IMG/VR virus record: IMGVR_UViG_3300011114_000269
Location: 130 to 64,129 of that record
Length of the DNA stretch: 64,000 nt
Source: a virus
Taxonomy: Duplodnaviria; Caudoviricetes
Strand: one strand, 5' to 3'
Position 1 is the stretch's first letter. Every line of letters starts with the position of its first letter. Shown here piece by piece: positions 52,356 to 62,300 of this stretch. A program made the position numbers and the translations under genes. A model generated the notes under the pieces. That model saw only the letters and a program-made list of their open reading frames with translations, was not told the DNA's origin and did no database searches.

Positions 52356-53091
52356 TTGCTACTTTAAGTTTAAGCCGTGCATGCTCCTTGAGAAGCGGCT
52401 GCAAAGCATCTTGTTCAAAGTTACGGGTGAATTCTTTTGAGCCTATGTGCGGCAAACTAATCATTGGGTCTAAATAAATTTTAAACCCTTCTTCACGAGC
52501 ACGACGGCAGAAGGCATAATCCTCGCCAATGTACTGCCCGTCAATCAACAGGAAGTCAAAGATGGCATATTCATCTTCGCCATCACCATCCCCGGCATAA
52601 CGCCACTCAGGATGTTTTTCCATCATGTGGTCAATTACATGGCGGCGGATAAGCATGAACCCCGTAGGCGCACTCTCCACCCGCATCAGACCATTTTCAT
52701 CAAACTCTAGCTGGTGGTCTTCATCCAAATAAAAGTCAAGGAAAAACTTGGCATCATCTGCACGGCGCGGGTACGTACCAGCAACCACATCTTTTTCTGT
52801 GGACAGGGCCAGCAACCGGGTAACAGCTTCTACGTTAATGACTACATCTGCATCTACAAACAACAGATCGGTGCAGTCGGTTTCGGTGAAGTTGCGTACC
52901 AGCTTGTTACGAGCCTTGGAAATGATAGAGCAGCCAGACAGGTGAACCAGATGAATCTGGACACCCATCTTGTCCAACTTGGGAACGAGTTGGGCTATGG
53001 CAAACGCAGTCCTAATATTGACCTTGCCGTCATAACACGGGATAGCAAGCATAAGCTTGCGTCCCACCAAGTTGAAGCTCTTATCAGCCAT
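52348..53091 (-). CDS. GT-A fold glycosyltransferase-like protein
   Basis: LAIPCY, ARN, LFVDAD (DxD), TGFMLIRR, GEDYAFC, LPHIG. Confidence 0.8.
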   Translation of the reverse strand: MADKSFNLVGRKLMLAIPCYDGKVNIRTAFAIAQLVPKLDKMGVQIHLVHLSGCSIISKARNKLVRNFTETDCTDLLFVDADVVINVEAVTRLLALSTEKDVVAGTYPRRADDAKFFLDFYLDEDHQLEFDENGLMRVESAPTGFMLIRRHVIDHMMEKHPEWRYAGDGDGEDEYAIFDFLLIDGQYIGEDYAFCRRAREEGFKIYLDPMISLPHIGSKEFTRNFEQDALQPLLKEHARLKLKVANG

Positions 53092-53593
53092 AGTACACGT
53101 TGGCAGAGGTTATGTTACTCATGTTCAAGTAGATACCGTTTTTAACCAGTATCCCTTCGCCGGGAATTAACGCAAAATTACCAAACAAGTCAGCCGCGCC
53201 AATATCGTAACTAGCAAGCCACAAAGATGCATATACAGCTACAGTTCCGCCCGCAATAGTTCCAGAGTTGATGTCTGTAACGGTAAACGTATCTGCGCCT
53301 GTGCGCGTAATAGAGTAATTGCCGTTTGTGCCAGATGTACCGCTTGCTGTTGCAAAAGCAATCCCAACTACATCTCCAGTAACCAAGCCGTGAGCTACTT
53401 TTGTAACGGTAATAACCGCAGCAGTCCTTGCGTATGTGGCAGAAACAGGGGCTGTGGTAGTGTCAAAGATGTCTAGTGTTCCAGCCGTAGCTGTCCCAAC
53501 CATAGAAACTGCTTTGAGCCTATTGCGCCCTAAAACAACAAAGCCAGAGTTGTTAAGGTGGCCTGATTTAACGTCTGTTTGCATCATAATCAA
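53084..53593 (-). CDS. Capsid-associated beta-rich protein
   Basis: MQTDVK..IPGEGIL..YYG with inserted HGLVTGD domain. Confidence 0.65.
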   Translation of the reverse strand: MIMMQTDVKSGHLNNSGFVVLGRNRLKAVSMVGTATAGTLDIFDTTTAPVSATYARTAAVITVTKVAHGLVTGDVVGIAFATASGTSGTNGNYSITRTGADTFTVTDINSGTIAGGTVAVYASLWLASYDIGAADLFGNFALIPGEGILVKNGIYLNMSNITSANVYYG

Positions 53594-53630
53594 TCTCCTA
53601 TAAGACAGGGGCCAAAGCCCCTGAGATTAA

Positions 53631-54128
53631 TTAAGCAGACGCGGGGTTAGCTGAACCGTCAGAGTCACGAACAATGTACTCGACAGTAACAGTAATCGTA
53701 CCGGCAGTAGCATCAGCAGTAGCTGCGGTAAAAGTACCATAAATGATTGCATCAGTTGTGCCAATGCTGTCATAAAAACCTGAAGTAGCTGCTGCAATGG
53801 TGGCTGGAGAAGTTTGAACTGCCGAAGTACCGGTGTTGACCGAAGCCATGTACAGATTAGCCGTTCCAGCACTGCCAATAGTAACGCCGCAGTTTGTTGC
53901 GCCAGTCAGGGCAACATTAACTTCTAGGCCAAAGCGAACAATCTTAGCGCCAGCAGGTAGCACAAACATCTGCTGCGCTGTGGGGCTTGTCAAAATAACA
54001 GAAGTAGGAGCCGTATAATTTTGGGCAACAATAGTTGCGCCCATATTGCGGATGGTTCCAGCAGTCGTACCAGTGGTGTTTTTGACCGTGCCAAGTAGCC
54101 AAGGGCCGAGATGAGTTGCGAATCCCAT
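53631..54128 (-). CDS. Capsid decoration / spike-like protein
   Basis: Follows the MCP gene; Thr/Ala-rich; LPAGAKI. Confidence 0.6.
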   Translation of the reverse strand: MGFATHLGPWLLGTVKNTTGTTAGTIRNMGATIVAQNYTAPTSVILTSPTAQQMFVLPAGAKIVRFGLEVNVALTGATNCGVTIGSAGTANLYMASVNTGTSAVQTSPATIAAATSGFYDSIGTTDAIIYGTFTAATADATAGTITVTVEYIVRDSDGSANPASA

Positions 54129-54129
54129 G

Positions 54130-54250
54130 ATAGATGTCCTTACATACAAGTGAAGTGCATCAATCGGTATGTCGTCTAGCCGGGACTAGTTTGATGCACC
54201 GGAAAGCCCGGATTAGCTGCAATATATCACAGTTTTAAATGGTTGTGCAA
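54130..54250 (-). promoter_or_regulatory. Promoter and structured 5' leader
   Basis: TTGCAC-18-TATATT with extended TG; GTGCATCAA/TTGATGCAC stem; ACATAC/GTATGT pairing next to the RBS. Confidence 0.5.
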
Positions 54251-54252
54251 AT

Positions 54253-54278
54253 AAAAAAGGCCCCCGAAGGAGCCTTTT
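54253..54278 (-). terminator. Rho-independent terminator after the MCP gene
   Basis: AGGCTCC-TTCG-GGGGCCT followed by T-tract. Confidence 0.85.
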
Positions 54279-54298
54279 CAGCAGGGGTTAACCCTAGC

Positions 54299-55210
54299 TT
54301 AAGACGAACCGGGCGAACCGAAGATGCCCAGAGGGTCAGACACGCCGAAGCTGTAACGCTCGCGGGCCTTGTAACGCACGTTACCGGTGTCAAAATCCCC
54401 GTCCATTGAGTTAGACAGTGGGGTGCGGACAAAATGTTTTAAACCGTTAGGTACGTCAGTGGTCAGGAACCAGCCATTGGTATCGGTCAAGAAGTGGTTA
54501 ACAGTATAACCACCGGGGATCGAACCATTGTTCTTCAGTGCGTTGATGTCGTTGTCGGTAGTTCCAACACGGAGGCTGGTTTCCAACAGACGGGTAGCAA
54601 CGAACATCAGAGATGGGGGAACAATCAGCTTAGCGGGCTTAGCTGCAATCAGCAGGCCACGCTCGTCTGTCCAGCCAGCAATCTGAATAACTGCGTTTTC
54701 CAACGAAGTCTCATTCAGGTCAGCGCCAGTGGAAGGACGGTTACTGTTAGTGCCACCAGAAATCAGCGGATGTGCTGTGTTGCATAAAGACACGCCATCG
54801 CCATAAACGACGGTAGTGGTAAATGCATTGTTCAACACGTAAGCTGCTTTGACCTGCTTGGTGTAAGCCATACCACGAGCCAGTGCCTTGGTGTAACGAG
54901 CAGACAACGAGTCATACAAGTTATCTTCCACAGCTTCTTCAGTAATGGAGAAGCCAAGGGCAATGGTTTCATGGTTGTAACGAGCAGTCCATGCTTCCTG
55001 TGCATTGTCGTACTGAATGGCAGAGCCTTCATTTTTAACAGGTGCAGCAGAGAAACCAGACAGTTTCGTTTCTTCTTCAAAACTACGTTCCGACGTTTCG
55101 GTTTCGTAGATTTCTTTGTGCTCTTCGCCGTATTTAGCGTACTCCAGACCAAACAGAGCGTTCAGTCCGGGGAGCAGTTCTTTAAGTAGTTGTGCGCGTG
55201 AAATAGCCAT
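54299..55210 (-). CDS. Major capsid protein
   Basis: MAISRAQLLKELLPGLNALFG; KLIVPP; KARERYSFG; position after scaffold; terminator downstream. Confidence 0.88.
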   Translation of the reverse strand: MAISRAQLLKELLPGLNALFGLEYAKYGEEHKEIYETETSERSFEEETKLSGFSAAPVKNEGSAIQYDNAQEAWTARYNHETIALGFSITEEAVEDNLYDSLSARYTKALARGMAYTKQVKAAYVLNNAFTTTVVYGDGVSLCNTAHPLISGGTNSNRPSTGADLNETSLENAVIQIAGWTDERGLLIAAKPAKLIVPPSLMFVATRLLETSLRVGTTDNDINALKNNGSIPGGYTVNHFLTDTNGWFLTTDVPNGLKHFVRTPLSNSMDGDFDTGNVRYKARERYSFGVSDPLGIFGSPGSS

Positions 55211-55220
55211 GATTTACTCC

Positions 55221-55817
55221 TTAAACACCAGTGGTGTTGTTATATTGGTGAGTGTTAATCTTCACCAATAGTTCGGTGTAGGTATCGGCTGCGGTAGCAG
55301 TCTCAGGCACTACGTCGATAACACGGATTGGAATAGTCGCGGTAGTACCAGCGCCGGTCAAGGTAACTGCATACGCGGAATCACCAGTGGTGGTGTTACC
55401 TGTATTCAATACCAAAGCCAAGTTAGACCCTACTACGGTGCGACCTGCGGAACTCATGGTCGTGCCAGACGAAACCACGGCAACTTTAAACAGCGCCATA
55501 GGATCATCCACCACGTATGCATAAGCAAGGTTGGTAGACGTAGAAATCAAAGCAGGCAGATATTGGCCCTGAACGGTTTGACCGCTAGAGTTTACATATT
55601 GACCGCCAAGACAAACGCCAACAATTGCACCAGAGTTAGTGGTGCTAGAAAGAACCAGATAACCGGTGCTGTCGATTTGTACGGTATCGCCATTAAAAAT
55701 AGCAGTACCAAAACCAGCAGCTACGGGAATCTGACGAATAGCACCAGCATAAGGCATACCGTCAATTCGATTGACAGGTTTTAGACCGTATGGGGCGCTA
55801 ACTGTAGGATAAGCCAT
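55221..55817 (-). CDS. Capsid cement / minor head protein
   Basis: APYGLKPV..IFNGD..VVDDP; upstream of MCP. Confidence 0.65.
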   Translation of the reverse strand: MAYPTVSAPYGLKPVNRIDGMPYAGAIRQIPVAAGFGTAIFNGDTVQIDSTGYLVLSSTTNSGAIVGVCLGGQYVNSSGQTVQGQYLPALISTSTNLAYAYVVDDPMALFKVAVVSSGTTMSSAGRTVVGSNLALVLNTGNTTTGDSAYAVTLTGAGTTATIPIRVIDVVPETATAADTYTELLVKINTHQYNNTTGV

Positions 55818-55835
55818 AGTTAAACTCCAAAAAAA

Positions 55836-56291
55836 TTAAATACCTTTACCGAAAGTAACACTAGAGCTTCGTTCTTTAAACAAAGGCATCTTCGGGTTAT
55901 TTTCACGCATGAAAGTATTGTCCACCGAGTTCATTTGAGTATCCGCTTGATTGCGGAAATACTCGTCACGTTGCTCGACAAACTCTACCGGTGTTTTGCA
56001 AAGGATAAGGCCACCAGTAACAATGCTGCCGGGGAAGTCTTTATTAGAAGACGAACCAAACAACCTGATCTCTGGGTGGTCAGATGCTTTTACGGGCTCC
56101 CAGCCCTCCTGAAGTTTGGAATTCAAGTTAGTCGGATCATCTTTGCCTAAAGTAGCGATACGAATCCAACGAAACGCATACCCCGGTTCCGGCTTGGGAT
56201 CAGGGAGAAGTTGTGGAGGTTTCCAGCGCGTAGGACGAGCGGTAGCTTCACGAGTGTCGGTTTCTCTACTTTTGCGAATTTGTTCAGTCAT
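55836..56291 (-). CDS. Conserved head-module protein
   Basis: GYAFRWIR..EGWEPV..GGLILCK. Confidence 0.7.
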   Translation of the reverse strand: MTEQIRKSRETDTREATARPTRWKPPQLLPDPKPEPGYAFRWIRIATLGKDDPTNLNSKLQEGWEPVKASDHPEIRLFGSSSNKDFPGSIVTGGLILCKTPVEFVEQRDEYFRNQADTQMNSVDNTFMRENNPKMPLFKERSSSVTFGKGI

Positions 56292-57241
56292 GCTTGTTTC
56301 CTCATTTCTTCAGCAACCTTACGAGCATAAAGTTCCAAAGGAACCCCAAGCCGCTTGGCGATATTTACCTGCGTTTGCGTAAGTACGATCTTTTTAGGCG
56401 CTGTACTACGGGATGCCGGTGCTACAACATTTGATTTTTGTCGCTGAGATGTTTTCGCATCAGCGGGTTCCTCTGCAAATGCCTCAGGGAACCTTGCTCT
56501 CATTTCCTTATCAATGGCTTCAAAGTATTCTTTGCTGCCATTTTGAATTCCTGCATTTAGAACATCTTCATGGAATGTTACTGCATATGCAGTCATACCA
56601 GCTTTTTTACCCCACCAAGGATTTTTATCTATCCATTCCTGAGTATCGGGGTGAATCGACTCTTGTGGAGTCGGTTGTTGCGGTTGTACTACAGTTTTTG
56701 GCGGTTGTAAAGGGGCAGGCTTAAAATTATTTACCTTATCTGCCCGGATTGCAGCAGCGGTTAGCTTTGATTGAGCCTTAATAAGCCGGTCAGTATCACC
56801 GGATTCATAGGCTTCTTTATATTCCCGTTGAGCGGAATCAATCTCAGACTCTACAACTTTCTTAGCCTGCTCCAATAAAGCAGTTTGGTTAGTAGCCAAA
56901 GAACCTTGCAAACGTTTGTTCTCTTCTACAACAGCTTCAGCCATACGCAATGCTTCTTCGCGCTCACGTAATGCTGCTTCTTTTGCTCGACGCTCTTCGT
57001 GGTATCCTTTATTAATATGGGATAACCGGTCTTTCAGCTTCTGGTCAGAATATTTAGATAACTCCTCGTCCGTTACCGGAGCAGGAGCTTCTTTCATTGG
57101 AGTGCGATGCCTGTCAGCTTCAGGAGTATCGTCAATAACTTCAATGTCCGGCTCAGGAGCTACTACTTTTCCACCTTCTCGTGGATTTTTAGCTTCTATT
57201 TCATCTGGAAATTCAAACTCAGTTTTTTCAATTTCAGCCAT
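56288..57241 (-). CDS. Scaffolding protein
   Basis: Acidic coiled coil; C-terminal IAKRLGVPLELYA. Confidence 0.7.
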   Translation of the reverse strand: MAEIEKTEFEFPDEIEAKNPREGGKVVAPEPDIEVIDDTPEADRHRTPMKEAPAPVTDEELSKYSDQKLKDRLSHINKGYHEERRAKEAALREREEALRMAEAVVEENKRLQGSLATNQTALLEQAKKVVESEIDSAQREYKEAYESGDTDRLIKAQSKLTAAAIRADKVNNFKPAPLQPPKTVVQPQQPTPQESIHPDTQEWIDKNPWWGKKAGMTAYAVTFHEDVLNAGIQNGSKEYFEAIDKEMRARFPEAFAEEPADAKTSQRQKSNVVAPASRSTAPKKIVLTQTQVNIAKRLGVPLELYARKVAEEMRKQA

Positions 57242-57250
57242 GATGACTCC

Positions 57251-57658
57251 TTATGGACGTTGAATGCCGCGAGGGTCTTGCACAACAGCTTCAACAGATT
57301 CATCGTGGATTAATCGCCATTCTGTTCCGTGAATTTTCATGCGAGTACCAGTGTTTGGCCTAGTAAGAATGAAATCTCCTACCTTGCAGCTTGGGCCGCT
57401 AGGGAATCGTTTTTCATCTTTGTAAGCATCTGGCCCCATTTTTGCCACAAATAACACGGGGGATAAAAGCTCCTCGTGATGCATCATTTGTGCAGTTTTT
57501 ACTAGTCCTAAACCTGAATCTCCTATTTCTTCTTCAGCTTTAGGAACCATACACAATAAATAATATGTGGATGGATCAGGTACTTGTTTGGCCTTTTCTT
57601 CTGGGTCAGTATTTAATATCCCAGATAAATCAACCGCAGCGACATTAAAGTCATTCAT
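57251..57658 (-). CDS. groES: Co-chaperonin GroES-like protein
   Basis: GLGLV mobile loop; MGPDAY..CKVGDFI; RLIHDESVEAVV. Confidence 0.8.
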   Translation of the reverse strand: MNDFNVAAVDLSGILNTDPEEKAKQVPDPSTYYLLCMVPKAEEEIGDSGLGLVKTAQMMHHEELLSPVLFVAKMGPDAYKDEKRFPSGPSCKVGDFILTRPNTGTRMKIHGTEWRLIHDESVEAVVQDPRGIQRP

Positions 57659-57730
57659 TTATTTTCCTTACTAACACGCATGGGGTTTGAGCGTATTTCG
57701 GCGGGTAACCCCAGATAAACCCATCCAAAC

Positions 57731-57919
57731 TTAATCATCCGATTGCTGCAAACGTTTTTCCATATCTTTTACATAGTATAAAGATTTAGTTAAACCAAGT
57801 ATCTGACCGCACAAATATTTATACTCTGAAAAATCATTAATTGCGCCAGAAGTAATTACTTGATTTAATTGTTGTATATCTTCATCTATATCTTTAATTA
57901 ATGCGCTCATTGCATCCAT
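57731..57919 (-). CDS. Small portal-adjacent protein
   Basis: DFSEYKYLCGQILGL; TAATG coupling. Confidence 0.7.
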   Translation of the reverse strand: MDAMSALIKDIDEDIQQLNQVITSGAINDFSEYKYLCGQILGLTKSLYYVKDMEKRLQQSDD

Positions 57920-60396
57920 TACATACCTCCGGGAGTTAGTTTCTGTTGCTGAAGTTGATCTTTATGCATCATGCCTTGCTGATGTAATTGAGCCTGTTGT
58001 TGTTGGGCTTGTTGCTGTGCAGCTTGTGCTTGTGCAGCTTTTTGAGCATTAATTTGAAGCTGTTGCTGGTGCAATTGCTCCGCTTGCATAGCTTCTTGCT
58101 CAATTTGCATGGGGTTAATGCCGCTTTTATCCGCATCCAAAGCTAATCGGGCTTGGGCCAACACAATGTCAGCGTCAATCTTTTTGGCTTTGCTATCTGC
58201 TTCTTGTTTTTTAATCTGAAGCTCTTGCATCTGCATTTGAATGATTGGGTCTTGCATTTGTTGCTGGGCTTGAGCTTGCGCGGCTTGGGACTTGTTCATC
58301 TGTAGCAACTGCTGCGATGCTTGCGCTACAGCACGAGACAACTCAACTTCTAATTGAGGAGGAAGCTCAACATCAGGCTTAGGCAGTGGAGCGCCAAGAC
58401 GTTCTTCAATCTTAGTGCGGTACAAGAATCCAAGGTGTTCTGCAATGTGAGCTTGAATAGCCGCTTGCATTTGTTGGGCCATAGGATTTTGGCCTATTTG
58501 CGCCGCAATCATTGGGTCTTGCATAAATGTTGAATGCACTGCAATGTGGGCTTCATGGTCTTGGTAGATAAATGCCTTGGTAGGTTTACCTTTTAAGAAA
58601 GCCATGTTTTCACTAATAGGATCACGTGGCTTTTGATCGTCCTCAATAGGCACAATCTTGTCGGCATTTTTTACGCCCAGAACTTCAATCATCTGACGAT
58701 GCAAATATGGCAAGTCATAGATATTTGGAGCTTGAGCAGACAATTGGGTAACTGCCTGATATTGCATAATCCGCTGCGCCATTGTGGTGCTGTTGGGATC
58801 GCTAACCGGAATAATCTCAACCAAATCATAGTCTGCTTGCTTGGCTTTACGATTTCCGCCTTCAGGCTTGTAGCTGTATTCTTCTGGTGTGTGGTCACGA
58901 ATTAACGTTTTGAGCAGTCTAAATTCCTGCTTCATAGAATAGTGAACACGAGCTTGAACGGCGCTCATTGTTTTAAGCTGACGCTCTAGCAATGCCAGAG
59001 TAGTTCCAACGGGAGCATTTGCTCCCATGTCGCTAACTTGAATATCAGCTATTGAGCCAAGGCGACGGCCTTCTTCTGTAATCTGATTAAGCAGGGCCAG
59101 CAAAACTTGGCTAGGCTCTTTGTAGGGAAGCGGCATGATGTTGTCACGCAAGACTCCACTGGCAATATCTACATCACGGAATTCTCCTGGTGCAATTGGT
59201 GTATCGTCGCCTTTAACCCGCAAGCCGCGAGTTTTCATACCACCGGGAAGATTGCTCAGCGTACCAGCATCTACCAACTGGCGAATTAAAGAAGTGCCAG
59301 CGCGGGCATATCCGCCAATTAAGTGAATCAGTCCCAGACCATAAGCACCAAAGCCGGGTACATAGGTGTACTGTACAAAGTGTTGGCGTTTTTGTTTTGT
59401 CTTGTCATCCTCTTCCCAGTTACGGCGAATAGCTAGGATTTCAGTAGTGCTTCGGTCAATGGTAACTACATAGGGACGGGCTACTCCATCTTTATCCTCG
59501 TACCCCGGCATGTCGTAGTCAACATGGATTTCATAAATTTGGTAGCGGTCATCATCAGTTAAAGAATAACCCTGACCTTCAGCTTTTTTCTTTTCTACAT
59601 CAGTATGAGTATTGTCTGGTTCGCCCAGATCAATATCCCGATAAAAGCCCGCAACTTGCAAGTGGCGAATATCATTTTTGGTTTTACGCATTAAGTGCGT
59701 AACACGTTCTGCTGTATTGGCACTAGACGCACCATAAGGAATAATTAAATCTTCAGCAGGAATAAACATTGCCGTCTGGCGATTCAATGCTGGGTCAAAG
59801 TAAACTTTCTTAAATGCTGCTCCAGCTAGGCCAAGGTTATACAAAAGCCTTTCATGTTCAGGCCGGTACTCGGTCATTACATCTGTTAGCTGGTAGTTCA
59901 TGTCCTCACGTACACGTTCTGCTGCTTCTACAGTTTCTTGGTCATCATCGCCAATGATCTGAGTCTTAACCGGGCCTTGTGCCGGAAAACTTTCAGTAAT
60001 GGTTTCCGACTGGAATCGGATTGCGGCTTCAGTCAGGATAGTAGAAAAAACTCCACAAGCGCCATTCCAAGGTTCTGTTCTTTCTTCATAGTTCATGCCA
60101 AGGACTTCTAGCCCTTTAACGTACATATCAACCCAATCTTTTCTGGATTGAATATCGGCTTCAACTAACTCGATTAATTCAGAGCCAAGTTTTTGTAACT
60201 CGCCATCGTCCATTGCCTCTGCTAAGTTTTCATCAAAATCACCTTCGCCGTGGGAAAGAATTTCAATTTCCATATCCCCTGCGTGAACCGTAACGCTATC
60301 AGGATTTTCTACTTCAATTTCAAGTGGGCTTTCATCCAATGTATCAATACCCATTGGTGCTTGATATAGGGAAGGGGCCATGCTGTTGGTTGCCAT
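57919..60396 (-). CDS. Portal protein (P22-like with long C-terminal barrel)
   Basis: 825 aa directly after terL; GAAFKKVY; GFGAYGLG; Gln-rich tail. Confidence 0.88.
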   Translation of the reverse strand: MATNSMAPSLYQAPMGIDTLDESPLEIEVENPDSVTVHAGDMEIEILSHGEGDFDENLAEAMDDGELQKLGSELIELVEADIQSRKDWVDMYVKGLEVLGMNYEERTEPWNGACGVFSTILTEAAIRFQSETITESFPAQGPVKTQIIGDDDQETVEAAERVREDMNYQLTDVMTEYRPEHERLLYNLGLAGAAFKKVYFDPALNRQTAMFIPAEDLIIPYGASSANTAERVTHLMRKTKNDIRHLQVAGFYRDIDLGEPDNTHTDVEKKKAEGQGYSLTDDDRYQIYEIHVDYDMPGYEDKDGVARPYVVTIDRSTTEILAIRRNWEEDDKTKQKRQHFVQYTYVPGFGAYGLGLIHLIGGYARAGTSLIRQLVDAGTLSNLPGGMKTRGLRVKGDDTPIAPGEFRDVDIASGVLRDNIMPLPYKEPSQVLLALLNQITEEGRRLGSIADIQVSDMGANAPVGTTLALLERQLKTMSAVQARVHYSMKQEFRLLKTLIRDHTPEEYSYKPEGGNRKAKQADYDLVEIIPVSDPNSTTMAQRIMQYQAVTQLSAQAPNIYDLPYLHRQMIEVLGVKNADKIVPIEDDQKPRDPISENMAFLKGKPTKAFIYQDHEAHIAVHSTFMQDPMIAAQIGQNPMAQQMQAAIQAHIAEHLGFLYRTKIEERLGAPLPKPDVELPPQLEVELSRAVAQASQQLLQMNKSQAAQAQAQQQMQDPIIQMQMQELQIKKQEADSKAKKIDADIVLAQARLALDADKSGINPMQIEQEAMQAEQLHQQQLQINAQKAAQAQAAQQQAQQQQAQLHQQGMMHKDQLQQQKLTPGGM

Positions 60397-60405
60397 ATGT
60401 ATTCC

Positions 60406-61896
60406 TTAATAGTAAGTGTTCTTGCGGCGGAAACTCTTTATCTCTTCTTTTTCGTCTGAGTCCAAACGGATAAAGCCACCTTTTCTAAACCGAATTAATG
60501 CCTGTGTTGATGAGTCCACCAAGTCATCGTGATCCCCGTTAGGGAAAGCTGCCATCTGCTCAATCACTTCTGTAGCCCACCTTGTTTCAGGAGCCCACAC
60601 TTTACCACTACTAAATAAATCGGTAATGGAATTGATACGCACAAATTTATCATTGCCACGGGTAGGCGTGTATTCTGACACCATTATCCCCATTTGTCTA
60701 AGCTCAAATACCAGTGGAGCCCCAGCCGCTTTGGCTTCAATGATACAAGCATCAGGTTCCCACTCTTGGTACATAACCAGAGCCTTGGCCTTTAGTTCTG
60801 GAAACTCCATCCGTTTTTGGAATGCGTCTAGCAAGATAACGTTGATGTTATTAGCATCGTCGTCCATCCTAAAAACACCCCAAGTCGTGCAGGCGGAATA
60901 GTCAGACCGCTCGTTTTTTGTAAACGCCGTATCCCAAGACTGAATAATAAAGTCACAAGGAGGCGGTCTTTCCTGTTTCCATATCTTCCACCATTCCCGT
61001 TTAACTAAAGCGCCCTCTTCCCCGGTAGGTGTCTGTTGGTACTGCGCATACCATTTAGCCGGGGGTAGTTCATCCCTCAGAGCTTCCAACTCCTTAGCCG
61101 ACCAGAATTCAGGCCATAAGGGTTTACCCGAAGGCATAATGGCAGGGAATTCAATTACTTCCCACTCCTCCCCTTTATCCCGGAGCATGGCATCTTTGAT
61201 AACTCTGCCGGTTAGATCTCTTTCGCCCCAGCGGGTCATCACGATGACAATCGCTCCTCCCGGCTGTAAACGCTGACGCGGCCCAGAGGTGTACCACTCA
61301 TACACTTTATCAAAGACAGACGGATCGCCCGACGCTAAAGCCGCTTCCTGTTCTGAATGAGGATCGTCAATGATAAGTAAGTCTGCCCCCTTACCAGTAA
61401 CCGTACCACCCACACCAATAGCAAAGTATTCCCCGTTCTGATTAGTAGCCCACCGGCCCGCCGCCTTACTGTCCTGCCTCAAACTTACATTAGGGAATAC
61501 CCTAGCATACGCTTCTGACCCAACCAAGTTCCTTACCTTACGTCCAAACCCCACAGCCAGATCCGCCGTGTTAGAAGACTGAATCACCTTCTTATCAGGG
61601 TACTTTCCTAAAAACCAAGACGTTAGTAAATAGGAGGCAAACTCAGACTTAGTGTGCCGAGGTGGCATATTAATGATGAGTCTCTTCAAACTCCCATCGG
61701 CGATAGCCTCGAATTTTTTTGCCATAACAGCGTGGTGTCTCCCGTGAATAAATCCGGGCCACATTAGCTTTACGTACTCCATAAACGACTTCTGAGCCAA
61801 CTCCCTGCTCAAAGCCGTCTTGTATTCCATCACATCCGCCATGAATTTTTCGTATTCAGCGGGCTCCAACTTGTCAATCAAGTCCTCTAACTTCAT
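60406..61896 (-). CDS. terL: Terminase large subunit
   Basis: INMPPRHTKS, LIIDDPH, SWDTA, HDDLVDS. Confidence 0.93.
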   Translation of the reverse strand: MKLEDLIDKLEPAEYEKFMADVMEYKTALSRELAQKSFMEYVKLMWPGFIHGRHHAVMAKKFEAIADGSLKRLIINMPPRHTKSEFASYLLTSWFLGKYPDKKVIQSSNTADLAVGFGRKVRNLVGSEAYARVFPNVSLRQDSKAAGRWATNQNGEYFAIGVGGTVTGKGADLLIIDDPHSEQEAALASGDPSVFDKVYEWYTSGPRQRLQPGGAIVIVMTRWGERDLTGRVIKDAMLRDKGEEWEVIEFPAIMPSGKPLWPEFWSAKELEALRDELPPAKWYAQYQQTPTGEEGALVKREWWKIWKQERPPPCDFIIQSWDTAFTKNERSDYSACTTWGVFRMDDDANNINVILLDAFQKRMEFPELKAKALVMYQEWEPDACIIEAKAAGAPLVFELRQMGIMVSEYTPTRGNDKFVRINSITDLFSSGKVWAPETRWATEVIEQMAAFPNGDHDDLVDSSTQALIRFRKGGFIRLDSDEKEEIKSFRRKNTYY

Positions 61897-62300
61897 AGAG
61901 TACCTCTATAAACAACCACCGCCGACGGGAAAGGAGCAGAGTTTTTTGCATTCCCAAACTTAAGCCGCCCACGGATAAATTCAATCTCACCCTTCATAGC
62001 ATAGTCGTGCCACCACTTTGTATCCGTCCTAGCAGGCACAAGACATACAACAGTAGCCTTAGACTCCCAAGCTTTTTTCATCCATAAACCAATCTCCCGC
62101 CCATACGGAGGGTTCATCCAGCACACCCCAGTCCATTCCTGCTTCAATCCATCGTCTTCTTTAGTAAAAAACTTCTTACATTTTGCATTGTCAACACTGG
62201 CGCAAACGTCCAACTCAAAGCCGTACAAATCATCGTACTTTTTAAAAAAACTCATGGGTGTTGCCCACAAATCTGTCTCGCTAGAAAAATGTACCTTCAT
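61893..62300 (-). CDS. Phage DNA N6-adenine methyltransferase
   Basis: WATP, LDVCA, WMNPPY, LVPARTDT, IRGRLKF. Confidence 0.9.
   Translation of the reverse strand: MKVHFSSETDLWATPMSFFKKYDDLYGFELDVCASVDNAKCKKFFTKEDDGLKQEWTGVCWMNPPYGREIGLWMKKAWESKATVVCLVPARTDTKWWHDYAMKGEIEFIRGRLKFGNAKNSAPFPSAVVVYRGTL

Noticed and set aside
57251-57658. GroES without GroEL as a novelty
   Set aside because: Phage co-chaperonins that use host GroEL are well known (T4 gp31)
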